Numbered from the stretch's first letter, positions 13,636-22,322 are shown. The stretch: DNA of 26,826 nucleotides from Candidatus Colwellbacteria bacterium RIFCSPLOWO2_01_FULL_48_10 (GCA_001817755.1 MHIY01000012.1:11145-37970), one strand, 5' to 3'. Translations and numbers: made by a program. The notes: a model not told the origin generated them from the sequence alone.

Positions 13636-15074
13636 TAGAAATACTTAATTGTGTCCCCGACCATTATCTTCGCATCGGCCTCGATCAACATGCCGCACTC
13701 ATTGCCGGCAATAACTTCGGCCGCATTGTTTTTCTTGCTCTGCAGGTTGGCTATCGTCCCCATCCCAACCTTCTCCCCGCCCCGCACGATTTCGATTTTT
13801 GCGCCGTTCCTGGCCATACCCTTAACCACTTTACCGCCCGCCATCTGCTTGCCGGCCTTGTTGTCAAAAACTTTCAATACCTCCAGTTCGCCCACCGGCT
13901 GAAAACTGGTCTCGTGTTTTATATACGCCTCGACTTCTTTCAAAAGTTCGTAGATGATGTCCGACGAAAATATCTTGACCTTGCGGATCTGCGCCAGACT
14001 CTCGGTGGCTTTGTCGCCCTTCACGCCGAAGGCGATTATCACACTCCCGGTGTTTACGGCATGGGTTACGTCGGCGGCCGTTATGTCGCCGACCGACATC
14101 TCGACGATCTGCGCCATCGGCTCAATAAGCTGTTTTAAAGCTTCCAGCGAACCCGACATCTCGGCTTTCAAAACCACTTTAAGCCGTCCGGTCTCTTTTT
14201 CTTCATGGCTTTTTGCAGACGTGTCGGCCCTCGCGCCCGCCTCCGCTTCCCCGACCCAGAACTCTTCGCCGGCCTTGGGTATCGTTTCGAAACCGACAAT
14301 CGACGCGGGCGAAGACGGCGCGAGCGACTTCGCGCGCTTGCCCAAAAAATTTTCAAGAAATCTTGCCTGGCCGGATGCGCTGTAAGTCGCAATCTTATCG
14401 CCTTCTTTCAGAACGCCTTCCCTGATGATAACGCTCGCCACGACCCCGCGGCGGCTGTCTTTATGCGATTCGAGCACAAACCCGCGCGCAGCTGCCAGCG
14501 GGTTGTATTGCAATGCTTCGACTTCGGAAAGCAGCAGTATCGTCTCCAAAAGCTCCTTTACTCCCTCGCCGGTTTTAACCGAAACCCCCTGCCAGCTCAC
14601 ATTTCCGCCGGCTCCTTCGAGCAAGACCTCCTCGGACATCAGATCATTCTTCACCCGTTCAATATCCGCATTGTTGCGATCAATCTTGGTTATCGCAACG
14701 ACATACGGTGTACTCGTGTCTTTTAAAATTTTTATAGATTCCCTCGTCTGCGGCTTGATACTCTCGTCGGCTGCGACCACCAAAATCGCAAAATCCGCGA
14801 CAGTCGCACCGCGCGCCCTCATCTTCGAGAAAGCCTCGTGCCCAGGCGTATCGATAAATGTTATTTTTCTAGACGCGGATTTAGGCTGATTAGCATGCGG
14901 TACGTCTATTTCATAAGCGCCGATTGACTGAGTTATCCCACCTGCTTCCCGCTCGGCCTTATTGGTCTTGCGGATGTAGTCCAAGAGAGAGGTTTTCCCG
15001 TGGTCAACGTGACCCATAACCGCGACAATCGGCGGCCTCGGCAGAAATCCCTTGTTTTCATTAGCTAAAGTCAT
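13635..15074 (-). CDS. infB: Translation initiation factor IF-2 (short form)
   Basis: RPPIVAVMGHVDHGKTSLLD, AGGITQ.IG, FIDTPGHEAF, TKID and C-terminal G.ECG motifs; 479 aa with no N-terminal domain. Confidence 0.97.
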   Translation of the reverse strand: MTLANENKGFLPRPPIVAVMGHVDHGKTSLLDYIRKTNKAEREAGGITQSIGAYEIDVPHANQPKSASRKITFIDTPGHEAFSKMRARGATVADFAILVVAADESIKPQTRESIKILKDTSTPYVVAITKIDRNNADIERVKNDLMSEEVLLEGAGGNVSWQGVSVKTGEGVKELLETILLLSEVEALQYNPLAAARGFVLESHKDSRRGVVASVIIREGVLKEGDKIATYSASGQARFLENFLGKRAKSLAPSSPASIVGFETIPKAGEEFWVGEAEAGARADTSAKSHEEKETGRLKVVLKAEMSGSLEALKQLIEPMAQIVEMSVGDITAADVTHAVNTGSVIIAFGVKGDKATESLAQIRKVKIFSSDIIYELLKEVEAYIKHETSFQPVGELEVLKVFDNKAGKQMAGGKVVKGMARNGAKIEIVRGGEKVGMGTIANLQSKKNNAAEVIAGNECGMLIEADAKIMVGDTIKYF

Positions 15075-15155
15075 AACAATGGGCTAAAAATAGCACAAAA
15101 ATCAGTCTACAACAAACAAATATGGACTTTTCTAAAGGTAGCTGGTTTAATTCCA

Positions 15156-15422
15156 GTGAGGCATGAGATGACATACATCATGTGGATCGCGATTATCGCC
15201 CTAGCTATGATGATTCCGCTCGGCCGAGCTCTTTCTAATCTGCAGAAGATGCGATGCATGGAAGGCATCCGCTGGGATGACCGGCGGGGAATCATGCACT
15301 GCATGTTCTTGTGGCACACAGACCACAAGCAAGGAGTGCTGGCCGGACAGTGTAAGTGGTGTGGCCGGACCGCAACCAAATCCCGCGGTAGCTCCGTTCA
15401 CGTCGATTTGCCAGTCGACTAG
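15156..15422 (+). CDS. Small membrane-anchored Cys-containing hypothetical protein
   Basis: N-terminal TM helix, CKWC motif; divergent from infB; start codon uncertain (15156 or 15168). Confidence 0.45.
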   Translation: MRHEMTYIMWIAIIALAMMIPLGRALSNLQKMRCMEGIRWDDRRGIMHCMFLWHTDHKQGVLAGQCKWCGRTATKSRGSSVHVDLPVD

Positions 15423-15565
15423 TCCATGGTTAACAGCCCAATACCTCTGGCAATCCCCCACCCTCCCACTTCGTAATGGCCAAAAACCAAAGCGAAAGCG
15501 GGGGGTTTTCTTTTTCTCAAAATCTGGTTGTCTCACGCAATAACTGTTATATTAATTCGATTCGC

Positions 15566-16780
15566 ATGCACAACATCCATCACCGCAGAAGAGCCATCCC
15601 CGCCGGAGTGCGCCTTATAACCTTCGCCACGACCATAAGGTGGATCGGCTGGGGCTTCTTTGAGGCGCTCTTACCCATCTTCATATTTTCATTCGCCGAC
15701 AGCTATGCCGAGACTGGCTTATTCTCGTCGGTGTTTGATGTCATGTTCCTGATCTCGCTGCCAGCGATCGGCGCGCTCGCCGATAAGGTGGCGGCCAAAA
15801 CCCTCATTATCATCGGGCTCGCCATGTATCCGTTCATCGGCATCGGCTACTTTTTGGCCGGAGCGACCGGCATAGCCGCGTTCATCGTTCTCACCAAAGC
15901 CCTAAACGGCACGGCCTACGCCCTCGACAGTGTCGGGCGCAGCGCGTATTTCATGCGCCACGTCCCGAAGGACAAAATCGCGACCGCTTTCGGATATTTC
16001 GAGTCAATGTCCACTTTTTGGTGGATACTCGCCGTGCTCTCGAGCATCTTCCTCATCAAGGTCGTCGAGGTCCACTGGCTATTTCTACTTCTAATACCGT
16101 CGCACCTCATCGCCATCTGGATAATATCCAAGCTCCGCGCCGACAACCACGAGTCAATGAAAGACGGCGTAAAAGACGTGCTCCGTGACGGCGCATACGC
16201 CAGCATGATCCGCGAAATAAAAGAATGGGGAGCGGGACTTAAACTGATAGGCTTCCTGGTATTTTTCCTCAGCCTGATAAGCCCGGTCATAGATTTTTTC
16301 ATTCCTATTCTCACGTACGCCGATAGCGCAAGCATCGAAAAGGCAGTCCTCATAGCGGCTGTTATGGCGATACCGGCGGTCTTCGGCGCATTCTGGGGCA
16401 AGATCGCCGACCGCTATAAGAAAAACGGCATCTTCTGGGGACTAGGAATCGCCGCGTTTCTCATCTTCGCCCTAGGGCAAACAGACGTCTACATTTTCCA
16501 CTTAGGCCTTGCGTTTCTCATAAAATGCGCCCTTGAGGTCGTAAACCTCGCGAGCGACGGCATCACGACCCGCATCATCCGGCCTGAGCATTACGGCCGC
16601 CTTTCCGGCGCCATGCAGGCCATAGGCGATGTTGGAAGCCTTATCGGACCCATTTCGCTTGGCTTATTGATAGACCAAGCCGGCGCATCTTTTGCATTCA
16701 CTGCCGTTTCGATCGCGTCGATCGCAATGCTTTGCCTGCTTATGTTCAAATCACACGCGTTGTCGCCAAAAGAGATCTGA
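15566..16780 (+). CDS. MFS transporter
   Basis: About 12 TM helices, G.LADK motif in loop 2-3 and GKIADRY in loop 8-9; start placed at ATG 15566. Confidence 0.9.
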   Translation: MHNIHHRRRAIPAGVRLITFATTIRWIGWGFFEALLPIFIFSFADSYAETGLFSSVFDVMFLISLPAIGALADKVAAKTLIIIGLAMYPFIGIGYFLAGATGIAAFIVLTKALNGTAYALDSVGRSAYFMRHVPKDKIATAFGYFESMSTFWWILAVLSSIFLIKVVEVHWLFLLLIPSHLIAIWIISKLRADNHESMKDGVKDVLRDGAYASMIREIKEWGAGLKLIGFLVFFLSLISPVIDFFIPILTYADSASIEKAVLIAAVMAIPAVFGAFWGKIADRYKKNGIFWGLGIAAFLIFALGQTDVYIFHLGLAFLIKCALEVVNLASDGITTRIIRPEHYGRLSGAMQAIGDVGSLIGPISLGLLIDQAGASFAFTAVSIASIAMLCLLMFKSHALSPKEI

Positions 16781-16782
16781 TC

Positions 16783-16896
16783 TTAAGCTTGTCTTTGAAT
16801 GGGCGACGTACTGGCTTTCAATAGTTTAGTTTTCAACGACTCTATCTCTTTCTTCAACTCGATCGTCTTTAGCTCACGGCCGGTCATAAAAGCCAT
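16783..16896 (-). CDS. 37-aa coiled-coil peptide (RELK motif) or gene remnant
   Basis: MAFMTGRELKTIELKKEIESLKTKLLKASTSPIQRQA* starts 4 nt after the DoxX stop and resembles the tail of the PAS protein (FMIDRELKMVELKREI). Confidence 0.5.
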   Translation of the reverse strand: MAFMTGRELKTIELKKEIESLKTKLLKASTSPIQRQA

Positions 16897-16900
16897 AAAT

Positions 16901-17380
16901 TTATCCCAGCCATTCTCTCAATCTTGGATACCTAGAGCAAATCGGCAAATTTGAACACCAATTCTCAAGCCCCCAAACTCTGCCGGGCCTTGAAGTCGCA
17001 AAGAAAAATAGAATTGAAGCATAAATGATATGCTCATCAATGATAAAAGCGTGGGCGCCTGGGATATAAGGAAACTCAAGAACTGGGAAGTAATAGAGGA
17101 GCATTAGAGCGATTCCAAGAATTGATGAGAATCTCACAAATACGCCCAGTATCAATGAGATGCCCAAAAGTGTTAAGCCCCATTCGTTTATGAAATTTAT
17201 AAACGGCAATATATTCGGACCGGTAAATAGACTATAAAACCCTCCGAATGTTTTTGCGTTTTGGAGATAGCCGATCGCAGACCAACTGGGGTCCATTAGC
17301 TTGGTAATACCAGCGTAGAACATAAGCCAACCGGTTCCTACTCTCAAGAGAAACAATGGAACTCTGTGGTATTGTGTCAT
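16901..17380 (-). CDS. DoxX-family membrane protein
   Basis: LLRVGTGWLMFYAGITK, EWGLTLLGISLILG...R and terminal GRVWGLE pattern of DoxX/DoxD-like proteins. Confidence 0.88.
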   Translation of the reverse strand: MTQYHRVPLFLLRVGTGWLMFYAGITKLMDPSWSAIGYLQNAKTFGGFYSLFTGPNILPFINFINEWGLTLLGISLILGVFVRFSSILGIALMLLYYFPVLEFPYIPGAHAFIIDEHIIYASILFFFATSRPGRVWGLENWCSNLPICSRYPRLREWLG

Positions 17381-17432
17381 AATGATATGATATCACGCTT
17401 GTTCTCGGAGCTACGTGAAAATAGAGAATCTA

Positions 17433-18104
17433 ATGAAATTAATAGCAAAAGTAGAGTCAATCAAATTGGTTGCTGATAATACTTTCGAGGCTGCTTTTTA
17501 TATTGATGGTTTTAACTTTAAGGCGGGCCAATACGTAACCGTCACATTGCCCAATCTAAAAAATCTTGAAACCAGAGAACAGTTTAGAGATTTTTCGGTT
17601 GTTTCATCCCCGAATGAACTACCTCTTCTCCGAATTGTAATGCGTAAATCAGAAACAGCCTTCAGACAAGAGTTGTTCGGTATGAAGAACGGAGAAGAAA
17701 TTGTTCTCGAGGGTCCAGCTGGTATCTTTACCCTGCCAAATGATTTTGAGAGATCAATCGTGTTCATAGCTGGCGGCGTTGGCATCAGTCCATTTTTAAG
17801 TATGATGAAATTTATAACCGATAATAAAATGCCCTATTCCATAACTCTTGCATATTTTAATAGAAGTATTGGGAGCTCGGCTTATTTACCAGAACTTGAT
17901 ACAATTTTAGAGAATAACCCTCGCCTGCGAGTTATTAAGATATTGGGTCTTTTAGAAGAAAAATATATTGTGCCTCTTATAAATCAAAATCCTCTTTGGT
18001 ATATCGCAGGCCCGCCAGGGATGGTAAAGGCTGGCAGAGAAATTCTCACAAAACTTGGTATAATTGATAACGATATAAAAACGGAAGAATTTAGCGGATA
18101 TTAA
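17433..18104 (+). CDS. FAD/NAD(P)-binding oxidoreductase (ferredoxin-NADP reductase-like)
   Basis: FKAGQY, RDFSVVSSP, EGPAG.F, FIAGGVGISPF, YIAGPPGM and terminal EEFSGY; alternative GTG start at 17415. Confidence 0.9.
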   Translation: MKLIAKVESIKLVADNTFEAAFYIDGFNFKAGQYVTVTLPNLKNLETREQFRDFSVVSSPNELPLLRIVMRKSETAFRQELFGMKNGEEIVLEGPAGIFTLPNDFERSIVFIAGGVGISPFLSMMKFITDNKMPYSITLAYFNRSIGSSAYLPELDTILENNPRLRVIKILGLLEEKYIVPLINQNPLWYIAGPPGMVKAGREILTKLGIIDNDIKTEEFSGY

Positions 18105-18108
18105 AACA

Positions 18109-18627
18109 ATGCCATTAGGATTAGATCAGAATTTAACCGAAAAGGATTATCAAGGGCTCCTTACTGCCCTCGACAAGACGGCACTCGTCTCAATGACCGA
18201 TAATAAAGGAAACATTCTCTACGCCAATAATAAGTTTATTGAGGTTTCCAAGTATTCTCTACCCGAACTTTTCGGACAGAATCACAGGATATTAAAATCA
18301 CATCAGCAACCTGATGAGGTGTTTGTTGATCTTTGGAAAACGATCTCGAGTGGCCAAGTCTGGAGAGGAGAAATCAAGAATCGAGCTAAGGATAGCACAT
18401 ACTATTGGGTTGATACTTCAATAGCTCCGATCCTTGGATCCGATGGCAAGCCAGAAAGATATATTTCGGTCAGATTCCTCATCACCGATAAAAAGAATGT
18501 TGAGGAGGCCGAAAAGAAACGCTCTGAAGAAATTGAGAAAATGAACAAATTTATGATAGATCGGGAGTTAAAAATGGTGGAATTGAAGAGAGAAATTGAT
18601 AACTCGAAAAAGCAACCCCCGTTTTGA
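18109..18627 (+). CDS. Single PAS/PAC-domain protein with a coiled-coil tail and no output domain
   Basis: TDNKGNILYANNKF.EVSKYS..EL.GQNHRILKS...W.TI..G.VWRGEIKNRAKD..YYWV (Aer/NifL-like PAS), then RELKMVELK and stop. Confidence 0.9.
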   Translation: MPLGLDQNLTEKDYQGLLTALDKTALVSMTDNKGNILYANNKFIEVSKYSLPELFGQNHRILKSHQQPDEVFVDLWKTISSGQVWRGEIKNRAKDSTYYWVDTSIAPILGSDGKPERYISVRFLITDKKNVEEAEKKRSEEIEKMNKFMIDRELKMVELKREIDNSKKQPPF

Positions 18628-18631
18628 ATAA

Positions 18632-18694
18632 TCTCCGACACGGGAAACCGGTCGCGGTTTCCCGACCCCTTCCGCTGTTCGAATCCTTGCCTCC
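18632..18694 (-). repeat. tRNA-3'-anchored structured element, copy 2 (partial; tRNA-Ser-associated)
   Basis: Minus strand reads ggaggcaaggattcgaac (near reverse complement of the tRNA-Ser T-arm/acceptor), then ggggtcggg-stem-cccgtgtcggaga as in the other copies. Confidence 0.6.
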
Positions 18695-18696
18695 AT

Positions 18697-18735
18697 ATAC
18701 AAATTCAGCGCCCAAAATGGGCACTGAATTTGTAT
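18697..18735 (-). terminator. Hairpin behind the displaced tRNA-Ser 3' end
   Basis: atacaaattcag(c)gccc-aaaat-gggc(a)ctgaatttgtat; the single mismatch is U-G on the minus strand. Confidence 0.6.
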
Positions 18736-18813
18736 TTGCGGAGGGTAGTGGACGATGTTAGAACCTATTTTGAGATGAATGCTGGTCTATTCCACGTACC
18801 TTCTATGAAGTAA
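18736..18813 (+). pseudogene. Possible orphan recombinase C-terminal tail
   Basis: LRRVVDDVRTYFEMNAGLFHVPSMK* begins inside the att direct repeat and reads into the cassette; no start codon. Family resemblance is unverified. Confidence 0.35.
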
Positions 18814-18838
18814 TGCAACGTCAGATTTGGATTGAAGA

Positions 18839-19765
18839 TCAGAATTGACCGGTTTTAAGAGGCGATTTATTTGGATCTTCTATGCATTGACCGTCTTCAG
18901 GGCAATTTTCGCTGCCAGCAACAACTTCTTTATATTCATAAGCTCCATTATCACGCCATTTGAATTCAATAACCTCACCAATATTTTTAGATTGTAAAGT
19001 TTTTGTATCAAGAAGCATCCTATATGGCACATGCTCTCCACAACCCCAACATCTAAATAGATCTATAACGGCGTATCTTCCGCTATCATCAAAGGCTTCA
19101 ATTTTTGGAATCGCATAATTTCCGAAAATCATGGGTGGGATAATTTGTAATCCTTTATTTGGATCGGTCAGTGAATAAAGATAGATTTTATATCCGCTAT
19201 CTGGAAGTAAGTGCGGCGTGCCAAAATTTGGCCCCCATTCCGTATAAGATCGATTCCAGTCCATGACAAATAAAATATTATCTTTCGTAGGGCTAACTTG
19301 ATAGCTAAACAAACTGTCAGAAACTGATGCGTCTGGATATACCTTGGGATTTTGTAAACTATTAGAGACAAGAGCTGTCCACTGATACTTTCCTGGGTCT
19401 ATATTGGGAATCCCTACCGGATCAAAACCGTCATCTTCGTTATAAACGGTTACTATATTTCTTCGCTGATCTCTCTTCGATTTATCAGGATCCGGAAAAC
19501 CATAATATATAATTGGCAAGCTTAAATTAATCTCTGTTTTAAACAGTATCTTTGAATCAGTCTTCGTGAAAGAAACAGAGGTTTCTCCAAGTATTGGTGA
19601 TTTATTTGGGGATGGGCTTATATCAGCCGGCGCTGGTGCAATGTTATTAGTTGTAGTCGCCGAATTGTTTCTATAAATGGCGAACCCAGCGGCGCCAATA
19701 ATTCCCAGAACAACTAAAACACCAATTAAAATTGGCAACGCAATAAATCCTTTTTTATTTAACAT
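18839..19765 (-). CDS. Surface/secreted protein with a pilin-like N-terminal signal
   Basis: MLNKKG|FIALPILIGVLVVLGIIGAAGFAIY resembles a class III signal; Thr/Pro linker; soluble domain with CWGC and CPEDGQC. Confidence 0.8.
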   Translation of the reverse strand: MLNKKGFIALPILIGVLVVLGIIGAAGFAIYRNNSATTTNNIAPAPADISPSPNKSPILGETSVSFTKTDSKILFKTEINLSLPIIYYGFPDPDKSKRDQRRNIVTVYNEDDGFDPVGIPNIDPGKYQWTALVSNSLQNPKVYPDASVSDSLFSYQVSPTKDNILFVMDWNRSYTEWGPNFGTPHLLPDSGYKIYLYSLTDPNKGLQIIPPMIFGNYAIPKIEAFDDSGRYAVIDLFRCWGCGEHVPYRMLLDTKTLQSKNIGEVIEFKWRDNGAYEYKEVVAGSENCPEDGQCIEDPNKSPLKTGQF

Positions 19766-19845
19766 ATTCAGAATTTTACCATAAAGTTCTAATGTCCTAT
19801 CTTCCCCTCAAGAAAAGTGTAGGAAGTAAGAGCTAATCTAATTTG

Positions 19846-19934
19846 CGGAGGCGGAAGGATTCGAACCTTCGAGGGAGTTTTACCTCCCTAACAAGTTAGC
19901 AACCTGCCGCTTTCGGCCACTCAGCCACGCCTCC
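19846..19934 (-). tRNA. tRNA-Ser(GCT)
   Basis: GGAGGCG acceptor, GCAGG-TTGCTAA-CTTGT anticodon arm, long variable arm, GGTTCGAATCC, G73. Confidence 0.97.
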
Positions 19935-19956
19935 AAAACTCATAACTCAGGGTAGT

Positions 19957-20955
19957 CTATTCTTTGTATCTCTTCAAGTGTTTTGGGTTATGAGAACTAA
20001 TGATCTTGAAATATTTTTCTACGTTCTTTGAGGCGCTAATTGTTAGATGCCTTTTGTTGCGGTTAGGGTTCAGACCTAGTTTTGTGAGGATCTCGACAAC
20101 AGATTCAAACAGGGGCCTAGAAGCACTTGAGAATTCTATTTTTTTATAACTATATCTTTTGCCGCCAACCCTATATTTATGGATGACAACAGATCCGTCA
20201 GTATCAATCAATCCTCTAAGACATGCAATCTGAAAATCTTTACTAGCATTTATCCAATCAGGAATATCTAGCCGTTGCTTGATCTTGTGGCCTAAGGGCA
20301 GACCAAGTCCATTAGTACAAAACTTAACCAGTTCTGTTCTTGAGACAAAAATTGTATTAGCTAGAGAATCGCCACGTTTGTGCACTCCGGGCATTACCCC
20401 GAAAAGTTTTCTAATTAATTTAACGACAAAATCTTTATATTGGTCATCGGTGATTGAATGCAGTGTTATAGATATTTGTCTTTCAGATACGCCGCCATCA
20501 CCCATCATGATCCCAACGAATTCAGCAAGATCACTGCTCTCAGTTGGTATTTTGATCTGCTTCGGTTCTAATATCTTGTTCTTAATAAATTTGCCTTCGC
20601 GATTCCACCAATTCCTCCAAGCGGTTTTCCTTTTTTCTGAATCGCCGCCAACTGATCCATATTTTGCGATTATAGCTTTGCCACCAAGAGAACCAGCGAT
20701 TCTAACATGATCATAGCGCCCGCGTATTTCAAATTTAGGCACCTTAATCGATGCAAGCCTCGTCAGCTTTCTAACTGTTAGGAGCGGCATTAAGAACTTT
20801 TCGCGGTGCCAATCACTAATTGCGCGCTCGCTAACTTTTAAAAAATTCGCCAATTCTTTAATAGATCTACCACTCTTAGTGAGAATATTTTCGATAAACG
20901 CCCTTTGCTTTCCTTCCTTAAAAACTACTCTCTTGGAATTCAACAATTCAGCCAT
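19957..20955 (-). CDS. Double-motif LAGLIDADG endonuclease-like protein with N-terminal HTH
   Basis: LAEFVGIMMGDGGVS and ACLRGLIDTDGSV motifs; HTH-like SIKELANFLKVSERAISDW. Confidence 0.88.
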   Translation of the reverse strand: MAELLNSKRVVFKEGKQRAFIENILTKSGRSIKELANFLKVSERAISDWHREKFLMPLLTVRKLTRLASIKVPKFEIRGRYDHVRIAGSLGGKAIIAKYGSVGGDSEKRKTAWRNWWNREGKFIKNKILEPKQIKIPTESSDLAEFVGIMMGDGGVSERQISITLHSITDDQYKDFVVKLIRKLFGVMPGVHKRGDSLANTIFVSRTELVKFCTNGLGLPLGHKIKQRLDIPDWINASKDFQIACLRGLIDTDGSVVIHKYRVGGKRYSYKKIEFSSASRPLFESVVEILTKLGLNPNRNKRHLTISASKNVEKYFKIISSHNPKHLKRYKE

Positions 20956-21028
20956 GCCTCCATGATAGCAAACCTAGACCAAGCTGCTAGGCGCAGTTAG
21001 CCAACTCGGCAACTAATTGCCGCAACCC

Positions 21029-21319
21029 CTATTTCCCCTGAAGATCAGTTCTGACTCTTATGAGTTCGTTAAGAAGACTTTTTAGTCTCGCGTGTTCTGC
21101 GTCGGTACTCTCCGCTTTGATCGAAAAAGCAGTAACTTCGCGCAGGAACATGAGATAGATGTCGCCAAAATACTCTCCCAAGACTTTGCTTTTTTCTTCC
21201 GATGCGGCGTCCGAGACCATCGGCGCATTGAAAGATATCTTGCGTCCGCCGTAACACGCATCGCCGCAGATCGTGACCTGATTTGCAGAAATTGTCTGCG
21301 AGTTTTCCATGTTAGTCAT
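21029..21319 (-). CDS. Hypothetical protein
   Basis: 96-aa ORF whose start overlaps the radC stop; co-oriented. Confidence 0.6.
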   Translation of the reverse strand: MTNMENSQTISANQVTICGDACYGGRKISFNAPMVSDAASEEKSKVLGEYFGDIYLMFLREVTAFSIKAESTDAEHARLKSLLNELIRVRTDLQGK

Positions 21320-22055
21320 AATTTATTTCAATGCTCGCAAATTTATCTTTGGCTATTATAACATGATCCAAGAGGTTGATGCCAAGGATCTTTCCGGTAG
21401 CGACGATCTGTTTTGTAACTTCGATGTCGGCCTCGCTCGGATTGACCACGCCGGAGGGATGATTGTGCGCCAAGATCACGCCAACCGCCCCGTATTCTAT
21501 CGCCGGGCGGAAAACTTCGCGCGGATGTATAAGATTCGAATTCACTGTGCCGATGGATATAACCTCGTCGTGCGCCACGCGGTGGTGGGCGTCGATGTAT
21601 ATTCCGTGTAGATACTCTTTGGGCAAGTCACGCATCTCGCTCAGATACTCATAGACGTCTTTCGCAGTCCTTATCGTGGCCACCGATCCTCTGCGCTCAT
21701 AGAACCTTCTGCCCAACTCGAAACAGGCTACTATCTGCGCCGCTTTCCCCGCCGGTATTCCCAAGTCTTCGGCCAACTTACCCGGATTTTTCTGGTTTAC
21801 GAGCATCTTTTCGCCGTATTCACGGCTGATGCGAGCAGTCATCTCTAAGACACCTTCTTTTTTGGTGCCGGTGTTCAAAACCACTGCCAGAAGCTCTTTG
21901 ACCGAAAGGGCGGAAGGGCCATATTTCGCAAGTTTCTCGCGCGGCTTGTCTTCGGCGGCAAGGTCGCGAATCTTCAACGAATACTTTTTACCCTCGCCAT
22001 CCAGTATAAGGTCGCTGTCGGTGCGCAACGCATACAAACCTGTTTTCATGTTCAA
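21312..22055 (-). CDS. radC: RadC-family JAB/MPN-domain protein
   Basis: DKPREKL..YG..ALS..ELLAVVL.TG, IVACFELGRR, IGTVN...IHPREVF and HNHPSG...PS.AD (JAMM) motifs. Confidence 0.9.
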   Translation of the reverse strand: MNMKTGLYALRTDSDLILDGEGKKYSLKIRDLAAEDKPREKLAKYGPSALSVKELLAVVLNTGTKKEGVLEMTARISREYGEKMLVNQKNPGKLAEDLGIPAGKAAQIVACFELGRRFYERRGSVATIRTAKDVYEYLSEMRDLPKEYLHGIYIDAHHRVAHDEVISIGTVNSNLIHPREVFRPAIEYGAVGVILAHNHPSGVVNPSEADIEVTKQIVATGKILGINLLDHVIIAKDKFASIEINYD

Positions 22056-22181
22056 AAGTATATCAGATAGCCCGACTTACAACTATTTTCGGTATGAAGA
22101 AAAAATGAATTTTGGGGCCGACATCAAAACCTCCGTAGGCGAAAATGCGCCAGACAACGAGATTGTGGTATAATAACTTCG

Positions 22182-22322
22182 ATGAATTGTTTCAACTGCA
22201 AATATCCGCTTGAAAAGAAAACCCTAAAGGCAAAGCTTATCTTGTCCCGAACCTGCCGGAACTGCGGCAAGAAACAGGCTCCCCGTCAATCTCAGAGGCC
22301 CATGAAACCCACAAGGAAATAG
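22182..22322 (+). CDS. 46-aa basic zinc-ribbon microprotein
   Basis: MNCFNCKYPLEKKTLKAKLILSRTCRNCGKKQAPRQSQRPMKPTRK*; two CxxC; extended -10 TGgTATAAT 22166-22174 lies 7 nt before the ATG. Confidence 0.55.
   Translation: MNCFNCKYPLEKKTLKAKLILSRTCRNCGKKQAPRQSQRPMKPTRK

Larger units (their letters stand above)
18734..19851. mobile_element. One-gene cassette or island relic integrated at the tRNA-Ser 3' end
   Basis: 11-bp direct repeat atttgcggagg at 18734-18744 and 19841-19851, the second overlapping the tRNA-Ser 3' end; no integrase inside. Confidence 0.45.

Noticed and set aside
6813-16401. Numerous antisense or alternate-frame ORFs over tsaD, valS, infB and the MFS gene (e.g. 7359-8303, 9542-10093, 14205-14726, 15916-16401)
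   Set aside because: These are shadow ORFs expected in GC-rich coding DNA with few stops; no motifs and fully overlapping confident genes.
19935-21030. Group I intron or intein hosting the LAGLIDADG ORF
   Set aside because: tRNA-Ser is intact, no P7 core is recognisable, and there are no extein or C-terminal His-Asn splice residues.
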